53,672 bases of DNA from Shigella phage vB_Shi_2KOFFS: the sequence record PV615261; one strand, written 5' to 3'. Every line of letters starts with the position of its first letter. The first letter of the stretch is position 1. Below are positions 39,499-47,842 of this stretch, piece by piece. Under the pieces are notes generated by a model. The model was given only the letters and a program-made list of their open reading frames with translations. It did no database searches and was not told where the DNA came from. The position numbers and the translations under genes are program-made.

Positions 39499-41613
39499 AT
39501 GACTAACGAAGAATACCGTGCACTGGCTGCTGATGGCGCTCGCTTGAAAGAAGAAGGCCAAGGTTGGAAAGACGTGCTCGATACGATGGACCGTTGCAAT
39601 CAGATGGTAGATGAAATCACCTCCGCTACACAATCCGAAACTAAAACCGAAACTAAATTGGAGACTCGCAAAATGACAACTATCTCAACTCAAACTATCA
39701 AATCCGTTGTCCCTGCTATCACTGCTCTGGTATATCGTGCCAAAGAGAAACAGAACTACATGCAACCTCAGACCTGTGCTATTGCTGCTCTTGCAATCTT
39801 TAAGATGATGACCTCATTCACTCGTGATGATGTTGTTCCTGCAATTGCAATGGTTGAGCTGGCTTCTGCTTCAATTGCTGATGCCAACCGCTACAACAAC
39901 GATTTGAAAGCAATGCACTATGTTGACCCAGCTATCAACCTCATTGGTCTGGCTAAACACTTTGGCTTCATCACCATGAACGAAGATAAGTCATTCCAAC
40001 AAACTGACACATGGGTTGAACTGGTTACAACCAAAGACACAGCAGTGCCATTCACTGAGCGTGTTACATCTGAATCTCGTCGCAAGCCTTTCGTTAAAGG
40101 TGGCAAAGTTAAGCCATCCAAGACTCTGAAAGCTGCAATCGAATTCCTGCAAGATACTGAGTACCATGTGGAGACTGAGATGGTTCGCATCATTCAGTCC
40201 ATGCTTGAGCAACGTACTTATGGTGGCTTGCAGATGCCAGAAGCAATCCAGACTGAACTCCATGTTTGGAACAATGCTGTAGCAATGATGAATCAGGACA
40301 CACTGTATTCTGACTACTTTGCTGATAACCGTGGCCGTCTGTATCATGTAGCATGTGCTGGCCCTAACCCACAATCCTCTGACTTTGCTCGTTGCTTGTA
40401 TTCTCACAATGTTGAGAACATCGTTAAGAAGTTTAACGAAGATGGTTCTACTACCATTGCATACAACATGTTCATGGCAGAGCTGGAAGATATTTCTGGT
40501 GGTGAATGGTGCAGTGCTAAACGTTTAACTTATGTTGCTCAGAATCCGGCTGGTTCACTTGCTCGCATGATGAACATGCCTAAAGCTGAACGTCCTTCCA
40601 AGCCATTCACTTATGTTCGTCTGGCTCTGGATTGGTTCAAGTTTGAGACTATAGGTGAATGCGATTCTCGTGTAGGCTTTGGCTTAGATGCTAAATGTTC
40701 TGGTACTCAATATCTGGCATTCATTGCTGGTAACATGGAAATGGCTCGTGCTACAGGTCTGGTTGATTCTGAGACTAAAGCATCTGACCCATACCAGTTG
40801 AGTCTCCGTGAACTGTTGAAGTTACTCGACCGCTCTTCAATGAAGCCATCTCCTGAAATCATGGACGAATTCTTGAATCCGAAATCTGGTCGTAAGTTTA
40901 TCAAAACTCCGTACATGGCTATCCAATATGGTGGTGGTAAAGCTGCATTAACTGGTTCTTCTGACTTTATCTCCTACATGACAGAAGCGCTCCAGATTCC
41001 TATGGAGAAAGCTGAGGCATTTGCTGAACTGTGTGTAGAAGCAATCCATAACGCATTGGGTGCTAAGATTAACATGTTCATTGAGAAAGCTGCTGATGCT
41101 GCATACAACCGTTGTGTTGAACTTGGTAAAGAGTACATCACATACCGTCACACAGACGGTCAGGTTGTAATGAAGCCTTGCTTCCCATCTCGTGAAATCT
41201 GTGAGGCATTCAGCATTCGTGTTGACTCTCAAACTCGTGTCATCTTTGGCCAGATTCAGGAGAATAAGCCTTGGACCATTCGTGAATCCAACCCAACTAA
41301 AGAAGAATTCAAGCGTACTTTCGTTGTTAACTACATTCAAGGTATTGACGCATTGGTTGCTCGTACTGTTGCAGTTAAAGCTAAAGAAGCTGGTCTTCGT
41401 GGTTTTACTTCAATCCATGATTGTTTCCGTTGCTGTCTGGCAGATGCTCCACGTATGATGGAAGTTATTCGTGCAGCATATGTTGAAATCTTCGTAACCA
41501 ACAATCAATTCGAGAATCTGTCTAAGCAACTTGGTGGCATTCAGATGTATCATGAGAACATCGTAACCGAAGAGCTTCTGATGAGCGAACACGCTTACTA
41601 CTTCTGTCAATAA
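39499..41613 (+). CDS. T7-like single-subunit DNA-dependent RNA polymerase
   Basis: Motif A GLDAKCSGTQYLAFIAG (T7 DGSCSGIQH), motif B RKFIKTPYMAIQYGGGK, motif C FTSIHDCFRC (T7 IHDSFGT); ATG 39499 after GGAG; about 704 aa. Confidence 0.8.
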   Translation: MTNEEYRALAADGARLKEEGQGWKDVLDTMDRCNQMVDEITSATQSETKTETKLETRKMTTISTQTIKSVVPAITALVYRAKEKQNYMQPQTCAIAALAIFKMMTSFTRDDVVPAIAMVELASASIADANRYNNDLKAMHYVDPAINLIGLAKHFGFITMNEDKSFQQTDTWVELVTTKDTAVPFTERVTSESRRKPFVKGGKVKPSKTLKAAIEFLQDTEYHVETEMVRIIQSMLEQRTYGGLQMPEAIQTELHVWNNAVAMMNQDTLYSDYFADNRGRLYHVACAGPNPQSSDFARCLYSHNVENIVKKFNEDGSTTIAYNMFMAELEDISGGEWCSAKRLTYVAQNPAGSLARMMNMPKAERPSKPFTYVRLALDWFKFETIGECDSRVGFGLDAKCSGTQYLAFIAGNMEMARATGLVDSETKASDPYQLSLRELLKLLDRSSMKPSPEIMDEFLNPKSGRKFIKTPYMAIQYGGGKAALTGSSDFISYMTEALQIPMEKAEAFAELCVEAIHNALGAKINMFIEKAADAAYNRCVELGKEYITYRHTDGQVVMKPCFPSREICEAFSIRVDSQTRVIFGQIQENKPWTIRESNPTKEEFKRTFVVNYIQGIDALVARTVAVKAKEAGLRGFTSIHDCFRCCLADAPRMMEVIRAAYVEIFVTNNQFENLSKQLGGIQMYHENIVTEELLMSEHAYYFCQ

Positions 41614-41632
41614 CAACTAAGCGCCAAGGATG

Positions 41633-41650
41633 GCATTAGTTGCATGTGAA
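41633..41650 (+). promoter_or_regulatory. conserved promoter-like motif copy
   Basis: gCATTAGTTGcATGTGAA, 26 nt upstream of ORF start 41676. Confidence 0.45.
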
Positions 41651-41675
41651 TCTAATAAACAATTTGGAGCATATC

Positions 41676-41843
41676 ATGTTTACAGTGACCCTAGTAACCT
41701 ATTACGGCAAACAAGTTTGTGAGAAGTTTGAGACTTTAGAAGAAGCAAGAGCTTTTGCAGCACTTGAAGAGAACATTTATGTAGAGTGTGAAATCACTGA
41801 TGGTGATAAGCAATACGAAATAGTTAAGCCTACACTCAACTGA
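41676..41843 (+). CDS. hypothetical small protein (55 aa)
   Basis: ATG after GGAGCATATC; downstream of promoter-like motif. Confidence 0.45.
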   Translation: MFTVTLVTYYGKQVCEKFETLEEARAFAALEENIYVECEITDGDKQYEIVKPTLN

Positions 41844-41893
41844 TTCCCAATATTCAGACAATATTGCTGCATGTAATATTGTCTCGATATTCG

Positions 41894-41911
41894 ACATTAG
41901 TTGGATGTGAA
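41894..41911 (+). promoter_or_regulatory. conserved promoter-like motif copy
   Basis: ACATTAGTTGGATGTGAA exact consensus; no ORF follows for about 1.1 kb. Confidence 0.45.
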
Positions 41912-42610
41912 GTAAAAGAATACGGAGAAATATTACTCACGTTGTTCGTGGGTTTCCGCATGTCATGTTGAATCATTCTAGAAACATTCAGCATGTCAGC
42001 TTTGAGTTACAGTGTTGTAATGATGTGGCAATCATTGAACTCCCTAGGTAGGCCACCTACAGTTCCAGCAACCATGACTTAGAGTAGGAATATCTATCCG
42101 AAACTTGTACTTCACCTATAGCATGTTCAATTGCGACAATATTGCTCCATCTCCTATTATAAAGGCCCACCCACAAGCCGGGAGATAACTTTGGTAATAT
42201 TGGAACTTTTGGACATGCTTCTTTCTTTCAATCAGAATTCGAAAGAAGAGAAGAGTCGGAGCAAAGCCTCTCGTTTTCACGCAGAAGCCGCCCCGATTTT
42301 GAGCAACAAATATTGTGACAATTTTGTCGCAGTATGGCATGTAAATATTGCTACAAATTGGCATGTTAGAATGTGGCAGAATTGTTAGAGGACTAATCAC
42401 CTCGAAGATACAATCGTCTACCAATCTGGCATGTTAATTTTGTAACAGTATTTGTGCCAATTTCGCATGTAATAGCTGTATCAGTAATGACCCAATATTC
42501 TTGCAACCCGCATGAATACTGGCTTCCAGCCAAGCGAAGGCTTTATCATCGCATGTAATATTGTGACAATATTGGGATAAAACCCTTTATTTAATTTGTT
42601 TTATTATGCT

Positions 42611-42650
42611 GTACATGGTCGGTTTTCCGTACCTGCTTGCTCCAATCTTA
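42611..42650 (+). repeat. 35-40 nt intergenic repeat element, copy 2
   Basis: GTACATGGTCGGTTTTCCGTACCTGCTTGCTCCAATCTTA; matches 39016-39050. Confidence 0.6.
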
Positions 42651-42765
42651 ATGTGCCAAATACGTTAAGTATGGGAGTAAACCTGTAATTAATGGTGCAT
42701 GTTTAATTGTGACAAAATTCGTCTATTTGGCAGATGAATTAGTTGCAATTAAGCATGTTCATTTA

Positions 42766-42783
42766 TCATTAGTTGCATGTGAA
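42766..42783 (+). promoter_or_regulatory. conserved promoter-like motif copy
   Basis: tCATTAGTTGcATGTGAA. Confidence 0.45.
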
Positions 42784-43076
42784 TAAGACCAAATCTCTGT
42801 AAATTCTGCTGAAATTGTGTGACAGATTTTAGAGAGATTATGTCTCCAAGCTAATCATTGTAGTTTTTAGACACTTTGTGTGTCACATATATAGCCTGTG
42901 AAAAACGTGTGGTTTATTGCCGGATTGCAACGCGCCCACCAGACTAGGAAGTCCCTGATGGCGGCACACACAGGAATACTATATAACTCCCTACAACTTT
43001 AAGGTGGATTGAGGTAAGACAAGACCTCCACAATCGTTCTGTAGGGAGTTCTTTTAACTTAGGAGAATAAGCAGAA

Positions 43077-43307
43077 ATGAATTACGCACTGTATTGCTAT
43101 TTAAACAAACAAGGCTTTGTTAAGCACGCTTTGGTTAACATTAAAACTAAGGAAGTATTGTTGGCCGACCAATCAATTGTTGACTTTAGATTGGTATGGA
43201 AGAAAGCAATGCACCCTGAACATGTTTGGGAAACAATTCAGTTAGATAAGCACCACAAAATTGTGGCAACTGCTACTCGTCCAGACCACATTCTACCAAG
43301 AGGTTAA
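43077..43307 (+). CDS. hypothetical early protein (76 aa)
   Basis: ATG after AGGAG; first ORF after the 1.2 kb non-coding region. Confidence 0.55.
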   Translation: MNYALYCYLNKQGFVKHALVNIKTKEVLLADQSIVDFRLVWKKAMHPEHVWETIQLDKHHKIVATATRPDHILPRG

Positions 43308-43309
43308 TC

Positions 43310-43498
43310 ATGGACTTCATCGTCTACTTTAAGTTAAATGGTGTGGAGCAAAGATTGTACTTCAATTCTTTACTTCGTTTGCAACAGTGGGCGGAGAAGT
43401 TTGTTGGGTATGACTTTGAATACATCAACGCATGTACACCCGACGAACACGAGGAAATCGTGTTCAGCTCTTTAAATCAAATTCTGGAGGCCAAATGA
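43310..43498 (+). CDS. hypothetical early protein (62 aa)
   Basis: Tightly packed ORF. Confidence 0.45.
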   Translation: MDFIVYFKLNGVEQRLYFNSLLRLQQWAEKFVGYDFEYINACTPDEHEEIVFSSLNQILEAK

Positions 43499-43743
43499 GC
43501 CAGTTTAAGTTAAAAGCAGATTTAATCGAATTGGCCTCTTATGAAGAGAAGGTTGAATTCATCCAGGAGCGTCTTGTTGTCAACTTTAATAATTGGATAC
43601 ACCTTCCAGTAAGTGATGTAGTTAAAGAAGTTAAAAATGATTTCGGCATTGAAATCACAAAAAGACAATTCAATAAAGATGTTATGACTGACCGAATCAT
43701 GGATAGTTTAGTTAATAACTTTATGTCCTACAAAGGTGTGTGA
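43495..43743 (+). CDS. hypothetical early protein (82 aa)
   Basis: ATGA overlap with upstream stop. Confidence 0.45.
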   Translation: MSQFKLKADLIELASYEEKVEFIQERLVVNFNNWIHLPVSDVVKEVKNDFGIEITKRQFNKDVMTDRIMDSLVNNFMSYKGV

Positions 43744-43745
43744 TA

Positions 43746-43919
43746 ATGAACGACCAGCAATTCAACACATTCATGCAGCAAATTAATCATCAAGAATTGA
43801 TAGACACTCTCAAAGGCAAGAAGCCAGTTGAACGTAAATATCGTAAAATTGATAATTATATGCCAACAATCATTGCATGTGTTGGTGTTGCTATTGTTCT
43901 CTACTTCCTGGTGAGATAA
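43746..43919 (+). CDS. small protein with C-terminal transmembrane helix (57 aa)
   Basis: ATG 43746; C-terminal hydrophobic IIACVGVAIVLYFLV; below the ORF-track size cut-off. Confidence 0.35.
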   Translation: MNDQQFNTFMQQINHQELIDTLKGKKPVERKYRKIDNYMPTIIACVGVAIVLYFLVR

Positions 43920-44005
43920 TGGACATTGTTAAGAAATTAGTATTCTGTATCGTAATGTTCCCTCTGGTGCTGCTCGTTGTGGGCAGCTTCATGTACTTAA
44001 ACTAA
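43919..44005 (+). CDS. tiny hydrophobic peptide (28 aa)
   Basis: MDIVKKLVFCIVMFPLVLLVVGSFMYLN; ATG overlaps upstream stop (TAATG). Confidence 0.25.
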   Translation: MDIVKKLVFCIVMFPLVLLVVGSFMYLN

Positions 44006-44014
44006 GGTAATTAA

Positions 44015-44314
44015 ATGGCTTCTTTACTTGAATTCTCAAATATTGCAAATGTTGCTAAGAATTCCATTCCGGAAAACGCTGATGTAATTGCATATATGCG
44101 TGTTGATGTGAGTCTGTTGGCTTTTGTAATGGACCACATCAATCTTGTTGAAGAGCAGTTGTCTCAAGCCAATGAAACAATTGATAATCTTCGTGAGCTT
44201 CGTACAGCGGAGCAAAATTCTTATGCCGAACTGATGGAGCAGAAGAACAAGCTCCAAGAGCAATTGGCAGATGCACTTCAACAAATTGAAGAGCTGACTC
44301 CAGCATCTAAATAA
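44015..44314 (+). CDS. hypothetical coiled-coil protein (99 aa)
   Basis: ATG after AAGGT; heptad-like ELRTAEQNSYAELMEQKNKLQEQLADALQQIEEL. Confidence 0.5.
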   Translation: MASLLEFSNIANVAKNSIPENADVIAYMRVDVSLLAFVMDHINLVEEQLSQANETIDNLRELRTAEQNSYAELMEQKNKLQEQLADALQQIEELTPASK

Positions 44315-44332
44315 TCAAACTTAGGAGTTATT

Positions 44333-44593
44333 ATGGCTACCAAAACAGGCATGATGATTGTCCCGAGCCGTAATAACTCTTTAAGCGGCTTTACACCATA
44401 TCGCATCTACCGTGTAATCTCAGGGACTGGTGAAGCAAACCTGTCAGAAGTTGCTTTGAAGTTGGGCCGTATGGTCCACTCCGAAATATCCTGTAACGTA
44501 GTTGATGACGAAGGTAAAATCCGTTTTGTAACAATGGATTTCTTTCGTGAATTTAACCTCAAATCTGAATTAGGAGTTCTGTACCATGAATGA
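44333..44593 (+). CDS. hypothetical protein (86 aa)
   Basis: ATG after AGGAG. Confidence 0.5.
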   Translation: MATKTGMMIVPSRNNSLSGFTPYRIYRVISGTGEANLSEVALKLGRMVHSEISCNVVDDEGKIRFVTMDFFREFNLKSELGVLYHE

Positions 44594-44768
44594 GGATGAT
44601 GTTGTTTGCCCAAAGTGTGGCAGCAATAACGTAGACCATGTAACACACGAAGCAGTGGGAATGTATGGTCCCGTAGTTCTGGACAGTGCATTCTGTGTAG
44701 ATTGTGGTTTAAACATTTATCGTGGAAAACTTATAGACAACAGTGGGAATATCCCTCCAAAAGGATAA
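44586..44768 (+). CDS. small zinc-ribbon protein
   Basis: CPKCGSN...CVDCG paired CxxC in 60 aa. Confidence 0.45.
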   Translation: MNEDDVVCPKCGSNNVDHVTHEAVGMYGPVVLDSAFCVDCGLNIYRGKLIDNSGNIPPKG

Positions 44769-44770
44769 TC

Positions 44771-44998
44771 ATGAAATTTAAATGTGTTGCTTCGACCAAA
44801 GATTATGTTCCAGTTGGCTTCATCGTTGAAGGTGAAGCTATCTCACCTTTGGAATTTAAAGTGACCAAATCGGCTGAGAATGTTTCTCCAGCATTTCGTA
44901 AAGGTGCTGTAGTTCCTATGAATGGTGCGTTCTGGACATGGCAGCGTGACCATGAAGCAGAATTTGCAGATATTTGTGAACAAGGCTTATTACAATGA
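44771..44998 (+). CDS. hypothetical small protein, paralogue A
   Basis: MKFKCVASTKDYVPVGFIVEGEAISP...FWTWQRDHE; similar to next ORF. Confidence 0.5.
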   Translation: MKFKCVASTKDYVPVGFIVEGEAISPLEFKVTKSAENVSPAFRKGAVVPMNGAFWTWQRDHEAEFADICEQGLLQ

Positions 44999-45225
44999 CA
45001 AAGTTTAAATGTGTGAAATCAACCTCTTCATCTGAGTATTCTCCAAAAGTTGGAGATGTGATTGAGGGAGAACTTATCCAAGTACACGGAGGTCGTGGAT
45101 TCCGCCACAGAGTGCTTATTTCTAAAGATAGTGACCGAAAAATGCCAGACGGTAAGCCATACTTTTCACTTGGTGAAACAGTTCCCTTAGAAGGCAGTGT
45201 TTGGACTTGGAAAGAAGTTAAATAA
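44995..45225 (+). CDS. hypothetical small protein, paralogue B
   Basis: MTKFKCVKSTSSSEYSPKVGDVIEGELIQ...VWTWKEVK; tandem duplicate of 44771..44998. Confidence 0.5.
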   Translation: MTKFKCVKSTSSSEYSPKVGDVIEGELIQVHGGRGFRHRVLISKDSDRKMPDGKPYFSLGETVPLEGSVWTWKEVK

Positions 45226-45288
45226 TTTCCTCAACCACTTTTGTAATGAGAGTGGTTGCTGAATATTATTAATCAACTTGGAGCATTT

Positions 45289-45579
45289 ATGAAACAGCGT
45301 ACTCGTTTACAACGTGACCCAGCCACAGGTCGCTTGTTACCAGCATATTTGAAAGTTGGTGACTTAGTTTACACTCGCGACTTTGCTTTTGATATTTGTC
45401 CAAGCAAAGCGTATGAAGTTCTTGCCACCAGCTTGTCTGGTCCTAAAGTGATATTCGGTGCACTTGAGCCAATTCAGTTAACCGGAACTCAGTTTGTCAT
45501 TAAAGACGAATCTGGTTGCAATCGTATCTTCAATCTCGAAGGTGGATTATCCAAATGGGAGAAGGTGAAGCGTGGGTAA
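45289..45579 (+). CDS. hypothetical protein (96 aa)
   Basis: ATG after GGAGCATTT. Confidence 0.5.
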   Translation: MKQRTRLQRDPATGRLLPAYLKVGDLVYTRDFAFDICPSKAYEVLATSLSGPKVIFGALEPIQLTGTQFVIKDESGCNRIFNLEGGLSKWEKVKRG

Positions 45580-45805
45580 GAATTATATCGAAATGTTTAA
45601 GCAACTGTCCATCAATGGGCAGGAGTTCTTGCTAAACGATGCAAGGCAAGATGTAGAGCTGTCTGATAAGTATAGCTCCTTATATCAGAGAACCATTGTA
45701 AAATGGACGTTCTCTTATATATCTTACAATCTTCCAGAAGAGACGCTTGTAATTAGCGGTTCTGGAAATTCAGTTTTAGCAGCTTTGGAGAAACTAAAGC
45801 AATGA
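45572..45805 (+). CDS. hypothetical protein (77 aa)
   Basis: GTG start overlapping upstream gene end. Confidence 0.4.
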   Translation: MGKNYIEMFKQLSINGQEFLLNDARQDVELSDKYSSLYQRTIVKWTFSYISYNLPEETLVISGSGNSVLAALEKLKQ

Positions 45806-46089
45806 ACAAGAATTCAATCGTTAAATATGTTGGTGAAACTAATTCCAGCTTTACCAAAGGAAAGAAGTACAAAATCGTCGCAGGTCGTGGTGACGGGGTT
45901 CCTCGCAACAACGGTACACTCGGTGCGTATATTCAATCTCCTTTGGGTTTTGTCGTTGTTGATGATAACAACGTTCTACTCTATCGTACATTCACCAATT
46001 TGTGGGAGTTGGTAAAAGATTCTGGCGAAGTTAGTTGGTATAAACCTGAATCAAACATCGACCCAATTCCTATTTCCAAATCTATGTGA
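45802..46089 (+). CDS. hypothetical protein (95 aa)
   Basis: ATGA overlap. Confidence 0.45.
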   Translation: MNKNSIVKYVGETNSSFTKGKKYKIVAGRGDGVPRNNGTLGAYIQSPLGFVVVDDNNVLLYRTFTNLWELVKDSGEVSWYKPESNIDPIPISKSM

Positions 46090-46130
46090 TTAACAATGGG
46101 CATCTCCTGTAGGTGTCCATGATTAATCTA

Positions 46131-46148
46131 ACATTAGTTGGATTTGAA
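46131..46148 (+). promoter_or_regulatory. conserved promoter-like motif copy
   Basis: ACATTAGTTGGATtTGAA, 75 nt upstream of 46223. Confidence 0.45.
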
Positions 46149-46222
46149 GAGGGACAAAGCTATTCCGTGGTTAGCAATGTCACTGAAACTTAAACTGTAA
46201 TTAACTTAAGAGAATCTTAATC

Positions 46223-46603
46223 ATGGCACAATATTCAGATGTAAACACTGGCATCATCGGTCCTAACGGCTTCAAGAAAGACCCAAAACATCCTGACATT
46301 CGTGGACGTATTAACGTTGACGGAATCTGGTATTGGGTGTCTGGTTGGAACAAGCAAGCCAATGGTAATGAATTTACCTCACTTGCATTAACCATCATGA
46401 CCCAAGAACAGGTTGATGAAATGATGCGTAAGCGTGAAGAGAAGGCTAAAGCCAAAGCTCAACCTCAAGCTGCCGCTCAACAGCAACAGCAACGCCAGCA
46501 ACCTTCTGCACAACAGCAAGCACCTGCTCAACAGCAAGCTCCGCAGTCATCTGGATACAACCCAAATGAGCCGCAGGACTTTGATAGCGACATACCATTC
46601 TGA
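46223..46603 (+). CDS. small protein with Gln-rich linker and SSB-type acidic C-terminal tail (DFDSDIPF)
   Basis: 126 aa; about 60-aa beta-rich N-terminus, Lys/Ala helix, QQQ-rich linker, terminal PQDFDSDIPF resembling the bacterial SSB C-terminal peptide. Confidence 0.6.
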   Translation: MAQYSDVNTGIIGPNGFKKDPKHPDIRGRINVDGIWYWVSGWNKQANGNEFTSLALTIMTQEQVDEMMRKREEKAKAKAQPQAAAQQQQQRQQPSAQQQAPAQQQAPQSSGYNPNEPQDFDSDIPF

Positions 46604-46995
46604 TGAATAAGGTCTGTAAAATCTGTGGGAGTTTAAAAGCTCCTACAGACTTCTATCGGAATGACAGGACATGTAAAGTTTGCCGTTGCGCCAAAGTACG
46701 TGCAAACCGTGCAGCAAAGATTGACCATTATCGCAAGTATGAACGAAAACGCGGTTATCATGGTAACGGCCTTAATGATGCCAGGAAGAAATATCCAAAT
46801 CAATATAAGGCCCAAACTGCTGTAAACAATGCTATTCGAGATGGACGATTACAGGCAAAACCTTGTCAAGTGTGCGGTTGCATTATATCTCATGCCCACC
46901 ATGATGATTACAACAAGCCTCTTGATGTTCGCTGGTTGTGTCCTCGCCACCACAATGAGTGGCACGCCGAAAACGGAGAGGGACTTAATCGATGA
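46603..46995 (+). CDS. HNH endonuclease (zinc-ribbon plus HNH)
   Basis: CKICGS...CKVCRC and HAHHDDYNKPLDVRWLCPRHHNEWH; paralogue of 5144..5527. Confidence 0.7.
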   Translation: MNKVCKICGSLKAPTDFYRNDRTCKVCRCAKVRANRAAKIDHYRKYERKRGYHGNGLNDARKKYPNQYKAQTAVNNAIRDGRLQAKPCQVCGCIISHAHHDDYNKPLDVRWLCPRHHNEWHAENGEGLNR

Positions 46996-47100
46996 AAATT
47001 TTATGTTTTATAGGGCTACATAATTGGGAGATTTCTCATACAAACGATTATGTAACCCTTTGGGTGTGTAAGCACTGTTCAGAAATGCGTGAGGAATATC

Positions 47101-47790
47101 ATGGCAAATAACTTTGTCGAAATACCTGCCAATTTGGTCAAACCTGGTGATGTATTGGTTTACGGCAACAGGGAATACCGGATTGAAAACATTCTACGGT
47201 TTAGTGATGCAGTTCAGTTGCAATATTCTGGTGGGTACTACAATTTTGAATTTGGCCGCATAGTCAAAGTGCTCGACAGGCCACCAGCTTTGGAAACTCC
47301 AACAGCAACATTCAACACCCAGATAACACCAGTATTTCTCCCCTATGGTGAAGCAGTGAAGCCATTCTCAGACGAAGAGGATGTTAAGGGTGCTGATGTA
47401 GAAGTTGGTGATGTTATTTGGTACAAGGGAAATTGGGCAACTGTTACAAATACGTACAAGCATCCGTACTCACCATACAATAAAGTCAATATTGACCATG
47501 ATGGTGTAAAAGGTCTGCAAGTACGCCTGACATTATCTGGAACTTATTCAAGAAAGGTAAGAGCAATAATGGAAACATTAAATATTCAAAATGCAATCGA
47601 AGCGCAACGTATTCTTCTGCAAAAGCTAGAGCAAATGCTGGACTTACAGCAACTTGCACCAACAGAAGATGGCAAGATTGCAATCGGCAACTGTAACATT
47701 CGCGTGGACAAGGCATCAATCACTAAAGCCGCACGCGATGAAATGAAAGCTGCTGCAAGCAAATCAGCAGAGCTTATTAAGAAGCTGTAA
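47101..47790 (+). CDS. hypothetical protein (229 aa)
   Basis: ATG after GAGGAATATC; no motif recognised. Confidence 0.55.
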   Translation: MANNFVEIPANLVKPGDVLVYGNREYRIENILRFSDAVQLQYSGGYYNFEFGRIVKVLDRPPALETPTATFNTQITPVFLPYGEAVKPFSDEEDVKGADVEVGDVIWYKGNWATVTNTYKHPYSPYNKVNIDHDGVKGLQVRLTLSGTYSRKVRAIMETLNIQNAIEAQRILLQKLEQMLDLQQLAPTEDGKIAIGNCNIRVDKASITKAARDEMKAAASKSAELIKKL

Positions 47791-47842
47791 TTAACAGAGG
47801 TCATTCCACTTCGAGTGGCCTCGATTAATTATTGGAGGAATT

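Larger units (their letters stand above)
41847..42783 (+). repeat. cluster of reiterated AT-rich elements (consensus about GCATGTAATATTGTGACAATATTG), irregularly spaced
   Basis: At least 8 degenerate copies (e.g. 41869, 42122, 42337, 42368, 42432, 42550, 42695, 42741) containing the CAATATTG palindrome; no credible ORF in the region. Confidence 0.6.

Noticed and set aside
42131-42388. 85-aa + strand ORF (and overlapping reverse ORF 42116..42424) inside the repeat cluster
   Set aside because: Starts within a repeat unit, has no Shine-Dalgarno sequence, and its translation crosses repeat copies; judged non-coding.
41847-42783. Possible CRISPR array suggested by many repeats of a 24-nt element
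   Set aside because: Repeat copies are degenerate, irregularly spaced (about 30 to 250 bp apart) and not separated by uniform spacers; no cas genes. Treated as a promoter/operator-like repeat cluster instead.
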